Under the pieces are notes generated by a model. It was not told where the DNA came from and did not search any database. It worked only from the letters and a program-made list of their open reading frames with translations. This document shows positions 63,822-64,000 of a stretch of 64,000 nucleotides of DNA, piece by piece. The translations under genes were made by a program, and so were the position numbers. Source of the DNA: Chara braunii (lineage: Eukaryota; Plantae; Charophyceae); NCBI GenBank assembly GCA_003427395.1, contig BFEA01000026.1, forward strand, positions 4,080,404 through 4,144,403, read 5' to 3'. The stretch's first letter is position 1, and the number at the start of each line of letters is the position of its first letter.

Positions 63822-64000
63822 NNNNNNNNNNNNNNNNNNNNNNNNNNNNNNNNNNNNNNNNNNNNNNCAAGCTCCTTTCAGCCCTGTCTTCCTGAGCTCT
63901 CTGCTCGTCTTCCATCGCCGGTTACTATCCTCCCAGAGGTGCTTAATTTGCCACACCCCATGTTCCACCCATTTGCCCCATTTGGTGTCCCCTTATTGTG

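Overview
Gapped, eukaryotic, repeat-dominated 64-kb window with no clear intact host gene. The composition (trihelix/Myb-bearing Harbingers, L1/Tx1-like LINEs, plant-type mitochondrial rRNA fragment, microsatellites) suggests a green-plant-lineage genome, possibly a charophyte such as Chara (inference). Main elements: (1) ~0.6-5 kb, a minus-strand cassette of small orphan ORFs forming two paralog families (four decaying copies of family A, two intact copies of family B); (2) a full-length degenerate L1/Tx1-like LINE (15.5-31.0 kb, with TSD), whose 3' UTR is interrupted by an 8-kb three-gene PIF/Harbinger (22683-30657, TIRs, TAA TSD); (3) a 13-kb minus-strand Ty3/Gypsy element (40802-53809) with a PHD-finger-like domain inside pol and three extra sense ORFs after the integrase; (4) a deleted Harbinger, two more LINE fragments, several MITE families, a structured SINE-like repeat with covarying stems, and a mitochondrial-type SSU rRNA fragment. 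The strongest novelty candidates are the small-protein cassette and the accessory genes and domains carried by the transposons.
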